Below, in pieces: positions 1 through 12,667 of a DNA stretch of 64,000 nt; position 1 is the stretch's first letter; each line of letters begins with the position of its first letter. The DNA is from Callorhinchus milii (lineage: Eukaryota), in assembly GCF_018977255.1 (NCBI RefSeq), contig NW_024704742.1:13332001-13396000 (forward strand), given 5' to 3'. Position numbers and translations under genes: made by a program. The notes under the pieces were generated by a model that worked only from the letters and a program-made list of their open reading frames with translations, searched no databases and had not been told where the DNA came from.

Positions 1-235
1 TTCACACATTTACACACTCACTCATACTTATATATACGTCACTCACGCACACAATCATACATTCACTCATGCATGTATTCACAAATACACATTCATGGAT
101 ACATACTAAAATACACTCATTTCATGCATACTGATACATTCACTCTCATATACACTTGAATATATATATGTACTCATTCACACACACACATGCATACAAT
201 ACATAAATCTATACTCACTCACATACATGCATAAT
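1..235. repeat. Degenerate (CA/TA)-rich low-complexity tract
   Basis: cacacat/actcat/atac motifs. Confidence 0.8.
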
Positions 236-575
236 ACGATTGAACTTGACATTAGGTTTGAGAGGGAGAAGGGAAAGTCCCAAACCAAGGTTTTAAATTT
301 AAGTAAGGCAAACTTCGATGGGTTGAGAAATAAATTGGCCACAGTAAACTGGGCTGAACTGTTAGTGGGTAAACCTACAAATAAACAATGGGAAATATTC
401 AAAAAAGTACAATACAATAGAATACAATACAGAACAAGTACATAACCCTAAAATGCAAAAGCTCCAACTGTGTAGTGAAGCAACCATGGTTGACAAAAGA
501 GGTTAGAGACTGTATCAAGCTAAAAGAAAAGGCTTACTCAAATGCAAGAAAAAGTGGGAATGCAGAGGACTGGGA
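236..575 (+). mobile_element. CR1 LINE ORF2 fragment
   Basis: KVLNLSKANFDGLRNKLATVNWAELLVGK...QWEIFK; PWLTK. Confidence 0.75.
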
Positions 576-589
576 GGGTGCAAGGGATG

Positions 590-2590
590 AGGGAGGTGCC
601 AGAGGGTGAAGGGTTCTGAACATGAGTGTGAGGAACTTGAAGTCGATCCATTTGATATTGGGGAGCCAGTGAAGCCTGGCCAGAACCGTAAGATGTGGGT
701 ATGGAATTTGGTCTGCGTAAGTATGAGGGTGGCACAGTTCTGATTGAGCTGGACCTTTTGAATAACGGACCTGAGGAGACCGGCGGGGAGTACGTTTGAG
801 TAATCCAGGCGGGAGGTGACAAACGCATGCACAAGGATTTCAGCTACATTTGGGGTAACGTACGGTCGAAGGCGGCAAATGTGACAGAAGTGGAAGAAGG
901 CGGTCCTGGTTAGGGACCGGATGTGGGGGAGGAAGGACAGCTGGGATTCAAACCAAACACCTAGGTTGCGCACTGGTTCGGTAAGACTGAGGAAAAGCCG
1001 GGGGAGGTTGAAGAGTTCAAATCAGGATTTTGCACTCATCCAGGCCCTAATGTCTGCCAGACAAGCTGATAGAATATCGGTGGACCTGGAGTTGGTACTG
1101 GAGGAGGCAAAGTAGATTTGTGAGTCATCTGCACACATGTGGAAGTTTACGTCATATCTGCGGAGGACATTGCCCAGAGGGAGCATGTAGATAAGGAAAA
1201 GAAGAGGGCCAAGGCTGGAGCCCTGGGGTACTCTGCAGGTGACTGGGCAGCTGCAGGAGGAGAACCTATTTGCTAAGATGAAATGGATGCGATTGGTTAA
1301 GTAGGACTCGAACCATGAGAGTACGGTCCCAATAAGGTGGATGAGGGAGAGGCGGTGGAGGAAGATGGCTGCCTGTGTCGAATGTGGCAGAGAGATCCAG
1401 GAGGATGAGGAGGCAGAGGCAGCCCTGGTCACAGATAGAAAGTATGTTGTTTGTGACTTTGACAAGTGTTTGTCTCTGTGCTGTGGGCAGAGTGAAAATC
1501 AGACTGCAAGGGCTTGAGGAGGGAGTGAAGGAAGAGGTTTGACCAAATTTGACCGAAGTTGACCAGTAACAATGCGTTCCAGGACTTTGGTAAGGAAGGG
1601 TAGGTTGGAGATGGAAAGGTAGTGTGAAAGATTAGTTGGATTGAGGGTGGGTTTTTTGAGGAGGAGTGTGATAACAGGTTTTATGGGGGAGTAGAACAGA
1701 GCCTGAGGAGAGAGACTGGTTGACTGTGACAGTTAGCAGGGAGGAGAGAAGGGGGAGTTGAGTGACAAGCAGCTGGGTGGGGATGGGTTTGAGGCAGCAG
1801 GTAGTGAACTTCATCCAGGTGATTGTAGTTCAGAGGAAGGAGGGAGAAATGGGGACAAAGGAGTGTAATGAGCGGGGAGTGGCAGGAGCCTTGGTGGAGG
1901 GAGAAGGTGATGTGGATGGTCTGGGTGGGGTAGAAGGGGCCATGAAGGACAGTAAAATTTACACTAAAATTTACCCGACCCTGGCGGATTTCAAAATGGC
2001 ACCCGGAAGTGACATCACACAAGACTTACCAAGGTGGAGTTGAAAATGGCGCCCAGATGTAACATCCCAAACTTTGACCAGGGCTGCTTCTATGCTGTGG
2101 GTAGAACGGAAACCCGATTGGAGGGATTCGTGAAGGGAGTGGCAGGAGAGGAAGGAGCGAAACTGGGAAGCAACGACTCGTTCCAGGACCTTGGAGGGAA
2201 AAGGGAGGTTGGAGATGGGGTGGTATTTTAAGGGGACGGAATGCGTCCAGGGAGGGTTTTTTAAGGATAGGAGTGATGATGGATATTTTTAAAGAGGTGG
2301 GAATGGTACTAGTGGACAGGAAGAGGTTTATGATGTCTGTGGAACGGAAAGTAAGGAGAGGGGTAGAGATGGGGTCGAGGAAGCAGGTTGTTGGTTTCAT
2401 GCGGGTTACAGTCGTGGTGAAAGAGGAATGGGAGACAGATGTGGAGGGAAGGGCCGGGGTGTGAGGGGAAGATGGGGAGGGGCTAGTAGAGGAAGGGCAA
2501 TGGCAGCTGAATGGATCCCCTCAACCTGGGATTCGAGGAAATCCAGCATCGCCTCGCAGTTGGCGTTGGAGATGAGGATGGGCAAGGTAT
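590..2590 (-). mobile_element. Two degenerate L2-clade LINE RT fragments (about 590-1950 and 2070-2590)
   Basis: KPTTCFLDPI, VPQGSSLGPLLFLIYM, FHMCADDSQIY, HAFVTSRLDYSN. Confidence 0.85.
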
Positions 2591-4796
2591 GAGAGAAAAA
2601 TATCTCCAATTTTTCAACTTTATCCTCACAACTACATTATTCCTGGTACGTATTGCCCTTGCACCTTATAATACAACAACTTGACTTATATAGCACCCCC
2701 ACGCAGTGCAGTGTTTCAGAGCGCTTAACAGTGGTGGAGCCTGACTCTGAGCCGGGTGGGGGGAGGAGGGGATGTGACCATAAGCACGATCGAAAAGGAA
2801 GATTTTCAGGCGGGACTTGAAAACGGGGAGAGAGGGGGCAAGGTGGACGGATTGAGGGAGAGTGTTCCAGAGTTTTGGGGTGTAGTGGCTGAATGCTCGA
2901 CCTCCAATGATGGAGCGGAGGGCAAGAGGGACAAACAGGAGGTAGAACAGAGGCAGTTAAGGAGTGATTTAACTGAAATATTTAAAGGAAGAAATTGACA
3001 TATTAAGTATTGACTGCGTTTTCCCTTTGGTAGAGGGATCCATTACAAGGTAACAGCCTTAAAATAAGAACAAAGACAGTTACAAATAAGGTTAGGAAGC
3101 ATTTCTTCCCAGAGAGAATTGTGAAGTTGTGAATTGTGAAGTTAATGAAAGCTCTGCCCCCAAAAGCTGTAGAAGCAAAATCAATGAGGATGCTTAATAA
3201 TAATTCTTCAATTTGATATAGCCCCTTATCATGTCTTTGAGATGCCTCAAAGCGATTCATAAGATACACTGTAAAGTGTAGTGACTGTATATTTTGAGGG
3301 CAAAATGCGGCAGCCAATTGCACATGGCAGTGTCCCACAAACATTCGTGGATTGAAGTGACCAAATTATTACCCCCGCCCGGAAAAGTGATCCGCCAAGC
3401 AACTAACAAGCGTGTTCTTTAATTACTTAACTTTAAAAGAGAGATAGACATTTGGATAGAGGAGGGTTTAAAGGGCATGGTGCAAAAATGGGACTTTGGG
3501 ATTAAAAGGTCTGAAAGATCTAATAAACTGGTGGATTGTTCCTCTGATACATCTTGTTGACTGAAGTGAAGAGTAAGTTTTGTATTGAAAGAGTGTAACA
3601 ACAACAAATTACATTTGTACAGCACCTTTCACGTCAGGAGGACGTCTCAAGGAACTGGACAGTCAGGGATCCTCACCCGAGCTTGTGGTTGGGATCAGGA
3701 GAGGTGGAGGGAGGGGAGGGTAGGGGTAGGAGGGTGATCGAAGGCACAGTCGAAGAAGAGGGTCTTGAAGGAGGCAAGGGAGAAGGCGAAACGGCGGGAC
3801 AGTGGGATGGAGTTCCAGAGGGTGGGGGCAGAGAAGCTGAAGGTCTGCCCACCAATAGTGGGGCAGGCAAGGCGGGGGACACTGATTCCATCCTGGGATG
3901 AGTATCTCAGCAAAATGGTCGTTTGTTTCATGTGAGCCAGGATAATACATTACATTCGAATATATTAGAATATATAGCACAGAAACAGGCCATTCAGCCC
4001 AACTGGTCTATGCCAGTGTTTATACTCCACATGAGCCTCCTCCTGCCCTTCCTCAACTAAGCCTTCAAGCATAACCTTTTATTCCTTTCTCCCTCATGTA
4101 CCTATCTTGCTTTCCCTAAAATACGTCTGTTCTATTTGCCTCAACAACTCCTTGTGGTAGCATGTTTCACATTCCCACTACTCTCTTGGATGAAGAATTT
4201 TTTTGTAACTTCTCTATTTGATCTATTTGCAACTATTTTATATTGATGGCCCCTGGTTTTGGTCTCCCCCACAAGTGGAAACATCTCCCTATGTCTCCCT
4301 ATCAAAACCTTTCATAATTTTAAAAACCTCTATCAGGTCACCCCTCACCCTCCTCTTTTCACGAGAAGAGTCCAAGCATGTTCAGCCTTTCCTGATAGGT
4401 ATAACCTCTCAGTTCTGGGATCATCCTTGTGAATCTCCTTTGCACCCTCTCCAGTGCCTCTATATCCCTTCTATAATGTGGGGATCAGAACCGCACACGG
4501 TATTGTAAGTGTGGTCTTACTAAGTTCTATAGACGTTTGCCATAAATTCCCTGCTTTTTATTTCTATCCCTCTAGAAATGAACCCCAATGCCCGGTTTGC
4601 CTTTTATTGTCCTTATTAACCTGCTTTGCTACTTTTAGTGAATTGTGTATGTGTACCCCTAGGTCCCTTTGCTCCTCTACCCACTTAAGTTTTTATTTTC
4701 CAGGATGTACGTGACTTTCTTACTTCTTCTACTAAATGTAGCACCTCACACATTTCTACATTGAAATGCACGTGGAGTCCTGTAGCTCAGTGGTCG

Positions 4797-5124
4797 TGGA
4801 GTCCTGTAGCTCAGTGGTTAGAGCACTCGCTTTGCAAGTGAGAGACCTGAGTTCAATTCCAGGCAGAGGGCGAAACCTTGGGCAAGTTTCCTTACTCCAC
4901 ACGCCTAATAATAATCCCTCCAAAACCAAAAACAATAATAAATTGGTCATTTTCAATCTACGACTGTTTGTGGGACATTGCTGTGCGCAATTGGCTGCCG
5001 CGTTCGCCCACAAATATACAGTCAATTCACTTTACAGTGTGTTCTGTGAAGTGCTTTGGGATGTCCTCCTGACGTGAAAAGCGCTATATCAAATGCAAGG
5101 ATTATTATTATCATTATTATTATT
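4797..5124 (+). mobile_element. Full-length tRNA-derived SINE with (TTA)n tail (representative copy)
   Basis: GGAGTCCTGTAGCTCAGTGGTTAGAGCA (A box)...GTTCAATTCC (B box); L2-like 3' end; other copies at about 11025-11336(-), 11975-12303(+), 17900-18255(-), 23509-23872(+), 24655-24961(+), 28265-28587(-), 30503-30873(-), 35599-35870(+), 36507-36823(-), 37393-37755(+), 46272-46579(+), 58560-58870(-), 60122-60431(-), 61364-61685(+), plus many partial copies. Confidence 0.92.
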
Positions 5125-5686
5125 AAAATGTAGCAGCTCACACGTTTCTATATTGAAATACATTTGCCATTTAAATGCCCATTCAGCAAGTTTATCAGGT
5201 CTTGCTGTAACTTGTTGCAGTCCTCCTCTGTATTAACTGTTCCCCCCAATTTGGTGTCATCTGCAAATTTTGAAATTGTACTGCTGATTCCCGAGTCCAA
5301 ATCATTAATGTATATTGTGATCCCAATACCGATCCTTGTGGAACACCACTGCCCACCCCCTGCCAGTCTGAGTAACTATGCTTTACCCCTACTCTCTTGA
5401 TTTGTTTTGTAGCCAGCTTGCTATCCATTCTGCTACTTTTCCCCTGACACCACATGCTCTGACCTGTGGTACCTTATCAAACACCTTTTGGATATCTAAA
5501 TATATTACATCTACCACATTACCCTTGTCTACTCTTTCTGTTACCCCTTCAAAGAATTCAATGAGGTTGGTCAAGCATGACCTTCATTTTTGAAATCCAT
5601 GCTGACTATTCTTTATTATGTTTTTCATTTCTAGATGTTATTCTATTACCTCTTTCAGTAAGTATTCCACTATCTTTCCTACCACT

Positions 5687-6422
5687 TGTTAGAATTTACA
5701 CTTTTTGTATAATGTTAGAATCATAATAGATGTTGCGAACGGGTTAACTTTTAAGTTAAGTGTGTTGTGGGCAGCTGGACTGAAACTCCCTGCACGGACA
5801 CGAGATAACGGACTGTCTCAAGGACAGTGTGTTTGTGTGTGTGAGGCACGTACACCCCATGAGGTGTTCACGTGAACCCAGCATGATTTCGACCGGGTGA
5901 TCTAATATCCGCACCATGATTGGATGAATATTGGTATAAGAGTTCCGATAACTTTGTGTACGGGGCCGTCCCGGGTCGCGGAGACAAGGATACGGGAGAT
6001 GGAGCCGTCCCGGGTCGCGGAGACAAGGATACGGGAGATGGAGCCGTCCCGGGTCGCGGAGACAAGGATACGGGAGATGGAGCCGTCCCGGGTCGTGGAG
6101 ACAAGGATACAGAGATGAAAGACTGAGAGCTGGAAACACTAAGACTGAGGATATCAGATGGAAGATTGAAAGCTGTAAGCAAGAAGACTGAAAGCATGAA
6201 GAATCAAGCTTGTGTCCTGGAAAGACACAGTGTTGAACTCTTGAACTCGAGATATCTATAGTGGTGTTATTCTGTTATAAGATCTGTTGATTGTACCGGC
6301 CTTTGGTCTGACCCATCGGGATATTGGGGAATAACGAACGAATTATAATAAAACAGTCTGATATCTGGTTAGAGGAATTAGCGTTATTTCCTTGCAGATT
6401 TGGCTGATTTTATTTTCTAACA
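5687..6422 (+). mobile_element. Solo LTR (736 bp) inserted in a CR1 element
   Basis: TGTTAGAA...TTCTAACA termini; CACT TSD at 5683-86 and 6423-26; TATAAG at 5935, AATAAA at 6347; CR1 sequence resumes across it. Confidence 0.88.
5962..6117 (+). repeat. 39-bp tandem repeat, about 4 copies, inside the LTR
   Basis: GGAGCCGTCCCGGGTCGCGGAGACAAGGATACGGGAGAT units. Confidence 0.95.
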
Positions 6423-6991
6423 CACTGACGTTAAGCTGACAGGTCTGTAGTTCCCTGGGCTTGTTCTATCTCCCTTTTTAAATATAGGTATAACATTAGC
6501 TATCCTTCATAATGAATCTGGGACAGGTTTTTCATTGTGCTGGAGAGATGAACAGCGAGTGAAAGGGATTCACAGAGACGCTTAGCACTGTCCTTACCCA
6601 GATTTCATTACATATGAACATCCAGCAGAGGTCACCAGATAATCACCTGAAGCATAAATTCTATCATGTTTTTCTTTCCTGTCACCCAGTCAAAGGCTAG
6701 GCCTAATCTTGCATTCCCACTGCTCAGCCGTGTGACTGAGATCGGTCACCTCAATACAGAGCAAGGGATCAACAAAGGAGCCTTCCTGGTCTGTATCACA
6801 CAGTGCCACACTACTGTATTTGAAGTCTGCTAAACTTTTCTAAAGTTTCCTCTTTTAATATCATTCATTTTGCAGCGAAACATTCCTTGCATGTTTCCCA
6901 ATTCACTCTATATTGCTTTGATTAGGAGTGGGATCAGTAAAGGCAGTCAGTCACTTGATCAATTGCTTCATGTTTCAACCAAGGTATTGTA

Positions 6992-7135
6992 TCACTGTAG
7001 AACCATGACATCAGCAGAGGGAGGAGGAAGGAGGTCCACTGCTTCTCTATAAGAGGGGGACACCCTCTGCATGGTCAGGTAAGGCAACCGGTATGATAGA
7101 ACTGGAGCATCAACAGGAAAAGTTGTATGCGTAGC
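6992..7135 (-). pseudogene. CCDC17-like probable last coding exon
   Basis: ctttgtttcag|GCT; ATHTTFPVDAPVLSYRLPYLTMQRVSPSYREAVDLLPPPSADVMVLQ*; ATTAAA downstream at 6854-6859. Confidence 0.6.
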
Positions 7136-8129
7136 CTGAAACAAAGATAACATTAATAAAGGGGGTAATAATCCCTAAAATAAATGTGGTCACTTAATTC
7201 ATGATTGTTGTGGGACAATGCTGTGCGCAATTGGTTTCTCCCACAAAATACACAATCAATCCAATTTACAATATATTCTGTGAAGCGCTTTGAGACTTCT
7301 CAACGATGTGATAAGGCGCTGTATCAAATGCAAGTATTATTATGTTACAATAAACCTCACAAAAGTCTTATCAGGTGGCATCATACATTTAATATGACTT
7401 ATGCAAAGTATGAGTTATGTGAAACTTGCATAATGTGAAACTTTTGCTCACAAAATACATGCACAGTCAATCCAATTTACAATATATTCTGTGAAGCACT
7501 TGGGACGTCCTCCCAATGTGAAAGGGGCTATACAAATGTAATACTGCATTGTAAATTGTAGGAAAATTTAATGGGACTTTTGCAGATATACAATTTAGGC
7601 AATTATACGATTTATGCAGATTAGATTTATGCAAGTTTTATTAAGAACATAAGAAATAGGAGTAAGAGTAAGCCATTCGGCCCCTCAAGCCTGCCCCGTC
7701 ATTTAATAAGATCATGGCTGATCTGCTAATTTAATTCCATTTATTCGCCCTATCCCCATATCCCTTAATCCCTTTAGTTTTTAAAAATCTATCGATCTCA
7801 GTTTGATTATGTTGAATGACTGAGCATCCACAGCCTTCTGGGGTCAGAATTCCATAAATTTACTACTCTCTAAGTGAACAAATGTTTTCTCAAACTGTGT
7901 TATTTTACAATGAGTTACCAGGAAGGATGGTCCAAGCCAGGTCACCGGGCTCATTTTTGAAGAATAGCTTGATGCTGTAATGGGAAGAGAGATTTAAATG
8001 GTTGAGATCAAATTGGACAAAGGGCCTTTTTGCAACCAAGCCTTTATGAGAAGGAATAAATTGGCCTGTCACCACATTGATGATCCTTTTCTCATCTCCA
8101 GCGCCTATAACCTGGATTTCTACAATAAT

Positions 8130-8530
8130 AATCCATACATTTGATATAATACCATATCACGTTGGAGGGCACCTCACAGCAATTCACAGAACATATTGAA
8201 AAGTGTAGTGACTGTGATTGTAGGCAAATGTGACAGCCAATTTGTGGACAGGAATGTTCCACAAACAGCCATGAAGTGAATGACCAATTTTATTTGGGGG
8301 ATTATTGGACAGGCTATCAGGAGAGAGAAACACCCTTCTCATTTCAAATAGTTTCATGGGATCTTTAACGTCCATCTGAACAGGCAGATAATTTAAGATC
8401 TCATCCAAAGCGCAACACAGCATCAGCAATGCACTGCAATATCAGCCAAAACTATGAGTTCAAAGTCCCGACGTAGCGATTGAACCCAAACTTTCAGTGA
8501 GAGTGCTATAAACTAAGCCAGACTGACACA
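8130..8530 (-). mobile_element. Older DeuSINE-like (SacSINE1/AmnSINE-type) element; related copies at about 17060-17450(-), 21150-21590(-), 51890-52190(-), 62075-62680(+)
   Basis: Core ...CTGCCTGTTCAGATGGACGTTAAAGATCCCATG.. resembles the recalled Deu domain; 3' part shared with the young SINE. Confidence 0.65.
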
Positions 8531-9680
8531 ATATCTCACCGTTCTCTATTTTTTCAACTCTAACAAGGCCAGTGCTCCTCCATATTTCCTTCTCTGTCCT
8601 TAACAAACTCCAAATATATCATCCTACATGTCAGAGTGTCATTTTAGTGTATTTATTTTCTTATAATTTGCCCCCCCTACTGTCTGCTCCTGGTATGACC
8701 TCTGCTTGTTGGGTACAATTTTTGCAGGGTTAAAAAATAATAAATAATCATTGCATTTGATATAGGTCTTGATATAGGTTATCAGGTCTTCGAGGCATCT
8801 CAAAGAACTTCCTCAGAATATACTGTAAAGTGAATTGACTGTATATTTTGTGGGCAAAACTAAATTGTTCCTGGACTTCATTGAGACCCAGAGTCCAGCT
8901 CTTCCAACTCCCCAAACCTCTGTTATTCATTCCTACCGAGGCACTTCTTGAATTCCCGATGGTGCTACAGTTGGGCATCTTGCAGCCCACAGACCACATG
9001 CAGGCTGCAATGCACATGCGAGGAACAGTCAAATGGGCTGTAAATTGGTCATCCCTAGTTTCGTGAACAGAGATTAGGAGATCGTAGTCTGTGCTGACTT
9101 TATTGATCGTAATTGGCTGCCACGTTTCGCCCCCAAAAAATATACAGTCAATTCACTTTACAGTATATTCTGTGAAGCACTTTGAGATGTCTCGAAGACA
9201 TGATAAGGTGCTATATCAAATGCAAGGATTATTATTATTATTATCATTATTATCTCAGCCAGAACTGCACAAGGGGGTTACATTAACCCTAGCCTTCCCA
9301 GGGTTTGGGAGTTCACCGTTTCTGCTCTAATCCCTCTACAGAACGCTCTACTGGTTGAATGTATGTGTGGCGGCCGTGTGAGGTGAGTCAGGCTCAGCTG
9401 TGACACCCCTGCGGTTGAGTGGTCTGACAGTACTTACTGTCTAGGCTCACAATGGGCCTTTTGGGTGAGTACCCAGTGCCGATGGAACCCTACCTCAGTA
9501 AGAGGAGGCCATACCAGGAGCAAAGAGATAGTGGGCAAACTAAAATTATATAAAGAATACTTGTAAAACTCTTTAACTCCTTCCATCATCCTTCCTCTTG
9601 TAAGACTTTTGGAAACCAAATTTGGTTTCACTTGACTACAACCCAACTCCTCTCCTAGATTTATAAACCTCAAAAGAGCC

Positions 9681-9760
9681 CCAACCCGTCACTCTGAGCA
9701 TTAACCCGTCACTCTGAACATTAACCCTTCACACTGAGCATTAACCCTTCACACTGAGCT
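9681..9760 (+). repeat. 20-bp tandem repeat x4
   Basis: TTAACCCKTCACWCTGAGCA units. Confidence 0.9.
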
Positions 9761-11480
9761 CCAACCGTTGACCTATATGGTAAATCCCCGACTTACCATA
9801 CTCTCGGTATCTGCAATTCCAACCTAGTCAGACTAGGCCTAAAATATATATATATTTTAATTTCCACAGGCCATTGTGTAGACTCCCAACTCCCCCAGTG
9901 CTCCAATGCTGAGTGCCTTCACAGTGGCCAGGAATATTGACTTTGATCAATTGTTTGAATCCTACGAGCAGAAGATAGCACGACTCAAATAATTACAATC
10001 CACTACCAGCATATTTCAGTGCTGAAATATAGAGGTAAATGCCGGTTCTTGTGTAATTACACCGAGCTGGAAGTTTCAGCTCTCCAGACAGGATTTTGCC
10101 CCATTGGTTAGGCTAGCTGGGGTTTAGATGTATTTCAATATAAATAGTAATTTTTCATCAATGTATTTAACAGAAAACTTCATGCCTACACGAGGAAAAA
10201 GGGAATAGTGGGGTATAGGAGATAGGAATAGGAGGGGTGGGGGCTCAAGCGGAATATAAATACCATCCTCGACCAGTTGGGCTAAATTACCTATTACTAC
10301 GTTGTATCACTTCACATAACTTTATGTAAAAAAAATCAAATATCGTTACACAATCCCTGTCCTCCCCCAAACAGGCAAGTTATGTGGTGGCAAGATAAAG
10401 AACATAAATGAAACCAGTTTCAACATTTGTTTAATTTCATTAGCGGTTTGAAACTGGTGTACAGTATAATGTATCGCTCCTCCACACCTGTTGCTGAGAG
10501 AATCTTGATCCTTCAGGGAGCCTTAACCAAGATGAATCCACAGTGTTATTCTGGCATTATTTTATTGTGGTACAGTATGGCCTTATTACCTTGTCGAGAT
10601 ATTTCAAAGCGCTTCACAGAATATACTGTAAAGTGAATTCACTGTGTATTTTGTGTGCCCAATAATAATTAGAAATGGATTTAGAAATTTCTAAACTTAT
10701 GTGAATTAATTAGATTAACCAGGACTTTGCACATTTTTAAAAAAAATCATTACCAGACTTTATAAGTTAACTGTGAAATGGCTCCAAATAGTTATTAAGT
10801 AATTCAAACTCTATCTCACCGTTTCTTATTGTCATATTTGATCACTTGTGTTAATCCATGCATCTTTCCAAGAAACTAGATTATGCCGGCATTGTCTAAA
10901 ATCCTATTTACATGCATGGCGGAGTTGATCAAAATAAGTAGGATTGGGCACTTCAAGAAATTTATAAATTTCTAAATTCAAGGAAACTGATTTTAACCGG
11001 ATTGAACATAATTCACAGGGAGTCTGATAATAATAATATTCCTTGCATTTGATATAGCGCTTTTCATGTCTTCTAGACGTCTCAGAGCCCTTCACAGAAT
11101 AGACTGAAAAGTGAATTGACTGCATATTTTTTGTGGGCGAAACGCGGCAGCCAATTACACACAGCAGTGTACCACAAACAGTCGTGGATTGAAGTGACCA
11201 ATTTATTGTTTTTTTTCTTGAGGGATTATTATCAGGCGTGTGGAGTAAGGAAACTTGCCCAAGGTTTCACCCTGCTCGAACCCTGATCTCTCGCTTGCAA
11301 AGTGAGCGCTCTAAACACTGAGCTACAGGACTCCACAAGAACTGGAATGTCAAGAGAGAGAGATACCGATATCAATAATTTAGAGTTGAAAGAGGCCTTG
11401 AATAGTGAAAGCCAATTGTCAATGTGTTCAAATAATACAGATGGAACAAGTAGTTTAGAATGGTCCTAAAATGTACTTAC

Positions 11481-11591
11481 CAATGGTGGATATTTATACA
11501 ACTTAGCATTATTGGGATCAATGGCAGGGTTTGTCTGGAGATCCACATCGCTTGTATTTACTAAGCGGAGGTACAGCTCGGCACTTTCTAA
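11481..11591 (-). pseudogene. CCDC17-like exon, 111 bp
   Basis: cttatag|TTA; LESAELYLRLVNTSDVDLQTNPAIDPNNAKLYKYPPL (cf. AELFLRLVNARD...YQYPP); TTG|gtaagt. Confidence 0.9.
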
Positions 11592-12444
11592 CTATAAGCC
11601 AAGGATACGAAAAAAACGTTTTTTTAAAAAAAAGAAATGTACATGACATATATAATGTACAAATCTCTCAGACACTGAGGGTATTGCTGACGTGGGGAAT
11701 GAAAAATATCACTGTGGATTACAGTCAAATTATCTTATTGGGAGAAATATATGCCACATGATGTGATAGTAGTTATAACCAGTAGTAGTTACCGTTAGGT
11801 CCACAATTCCACCGCGTCCTAACCCGTATACCCATTAAAATATAGGAAAGCATGGTACTGGGAAAAATTATTCAATATTCAACCCACAAAAGAACATTAA
11901 GAAGAATTTCTGGGCTATCTTCCATTTTAAGACTTGGAGACGCGAAGAAGAGTTTATTTAATTACTGTTCTTATTAGTGGTTAGAGCACTCGCCTCACAA
12001 GCGAGAGGACCTGGGTTTGATTCCCAACCGGGCGAAGCGTTGGGCAAGTTTCCTTACTCCACACACCTCTGTTTACCTAGCAGTAAGTTGTCAGTTGATT
12101 GGCGTATCGCTCTTCCGGGGGTAATAATCCCTTAAAACAAATGTGTTCATTCAATCCACGACTGTTTGTGGGACACTCCTGCCGCGTTTCACCCACAAAA
12201 TATACAGTCCATTCACTTCACAGTATATCCTGTGAAGCTCTTTGAGATATCTAGAAGACGTGATAAGGCGCTATATCAAATGCAAGGATTATTATTATTA
12301 TTAAAGACAAACAGGATAACAGTAGAATTTCAGGCCTCACTTTACATATTTCCCTCCAATTATGTGCAATCCCTCTTTTTCCCCTCCTATTGGATGGTGG
12401 GAAGGATTTGCTCACGAGACAAGACAGAAACTTTAGTGCAGTAC

Positions 12445-12667
12445 CTGAGGCACTCCATTTAGATCACTGGTTGTCATGGACGGTTTAACTGGAAGAACCC
12501 GAACTGGAATTTTCCAGCGGCCACTGATCACACGATTTTGACCATTAAAGATATCAATCTTAATCCAGCCTCATGAGGCAAGTCGCTTGATGTCCTTTCC
12601 ATAGGGATCAGAGCCACCTGAAGCCTGGAGTTCCATGACAAGAGCAATTCCAGGAGATGGACGGACC
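12445..12667 (-). pseudogene. CCDC17-like exon, 223 bp, in-frame TGA at 12571-12573
   Basis: ctctcag|G; VRPSPGIALVMELQASGGSDPYGKDIKRLAS*GWIKIDIFNGQNRVISGRWKIPVRVLPVKPSMTTSDLNGVPQ; CAG|gtactg. Confidence 0.9.

Larger units (their letters stand above)
3965..6500 (-). mobile_element. CR1 LINE 3' region, interrupted by a SINE and the solo LTR
   Basis: [38 protein letters not shown]1-type 3' UTR near 3970-4030. Confidence 0.85.

Noticed and set aside
4797..4875. tRNA-like sequences with A and B boxes throughout the window
   Set aside because: They are SINE heads followed by the same body and (TTA)n tail, not tRNA genes
5962..6117. Regular 39-bp repeats (also 33-bp repeats at 57759-57891) as a CRISPR-like array or coding repeat
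   Set aside because: Head-to-tail with no spacers, eukaryotic context; the ORFs result from a unit length divisible by three
12571..12573. In-frame TGA as selenocysteine
   Set aside because: The same gene also has in-frame TAG stops, and no SECIS was recognised
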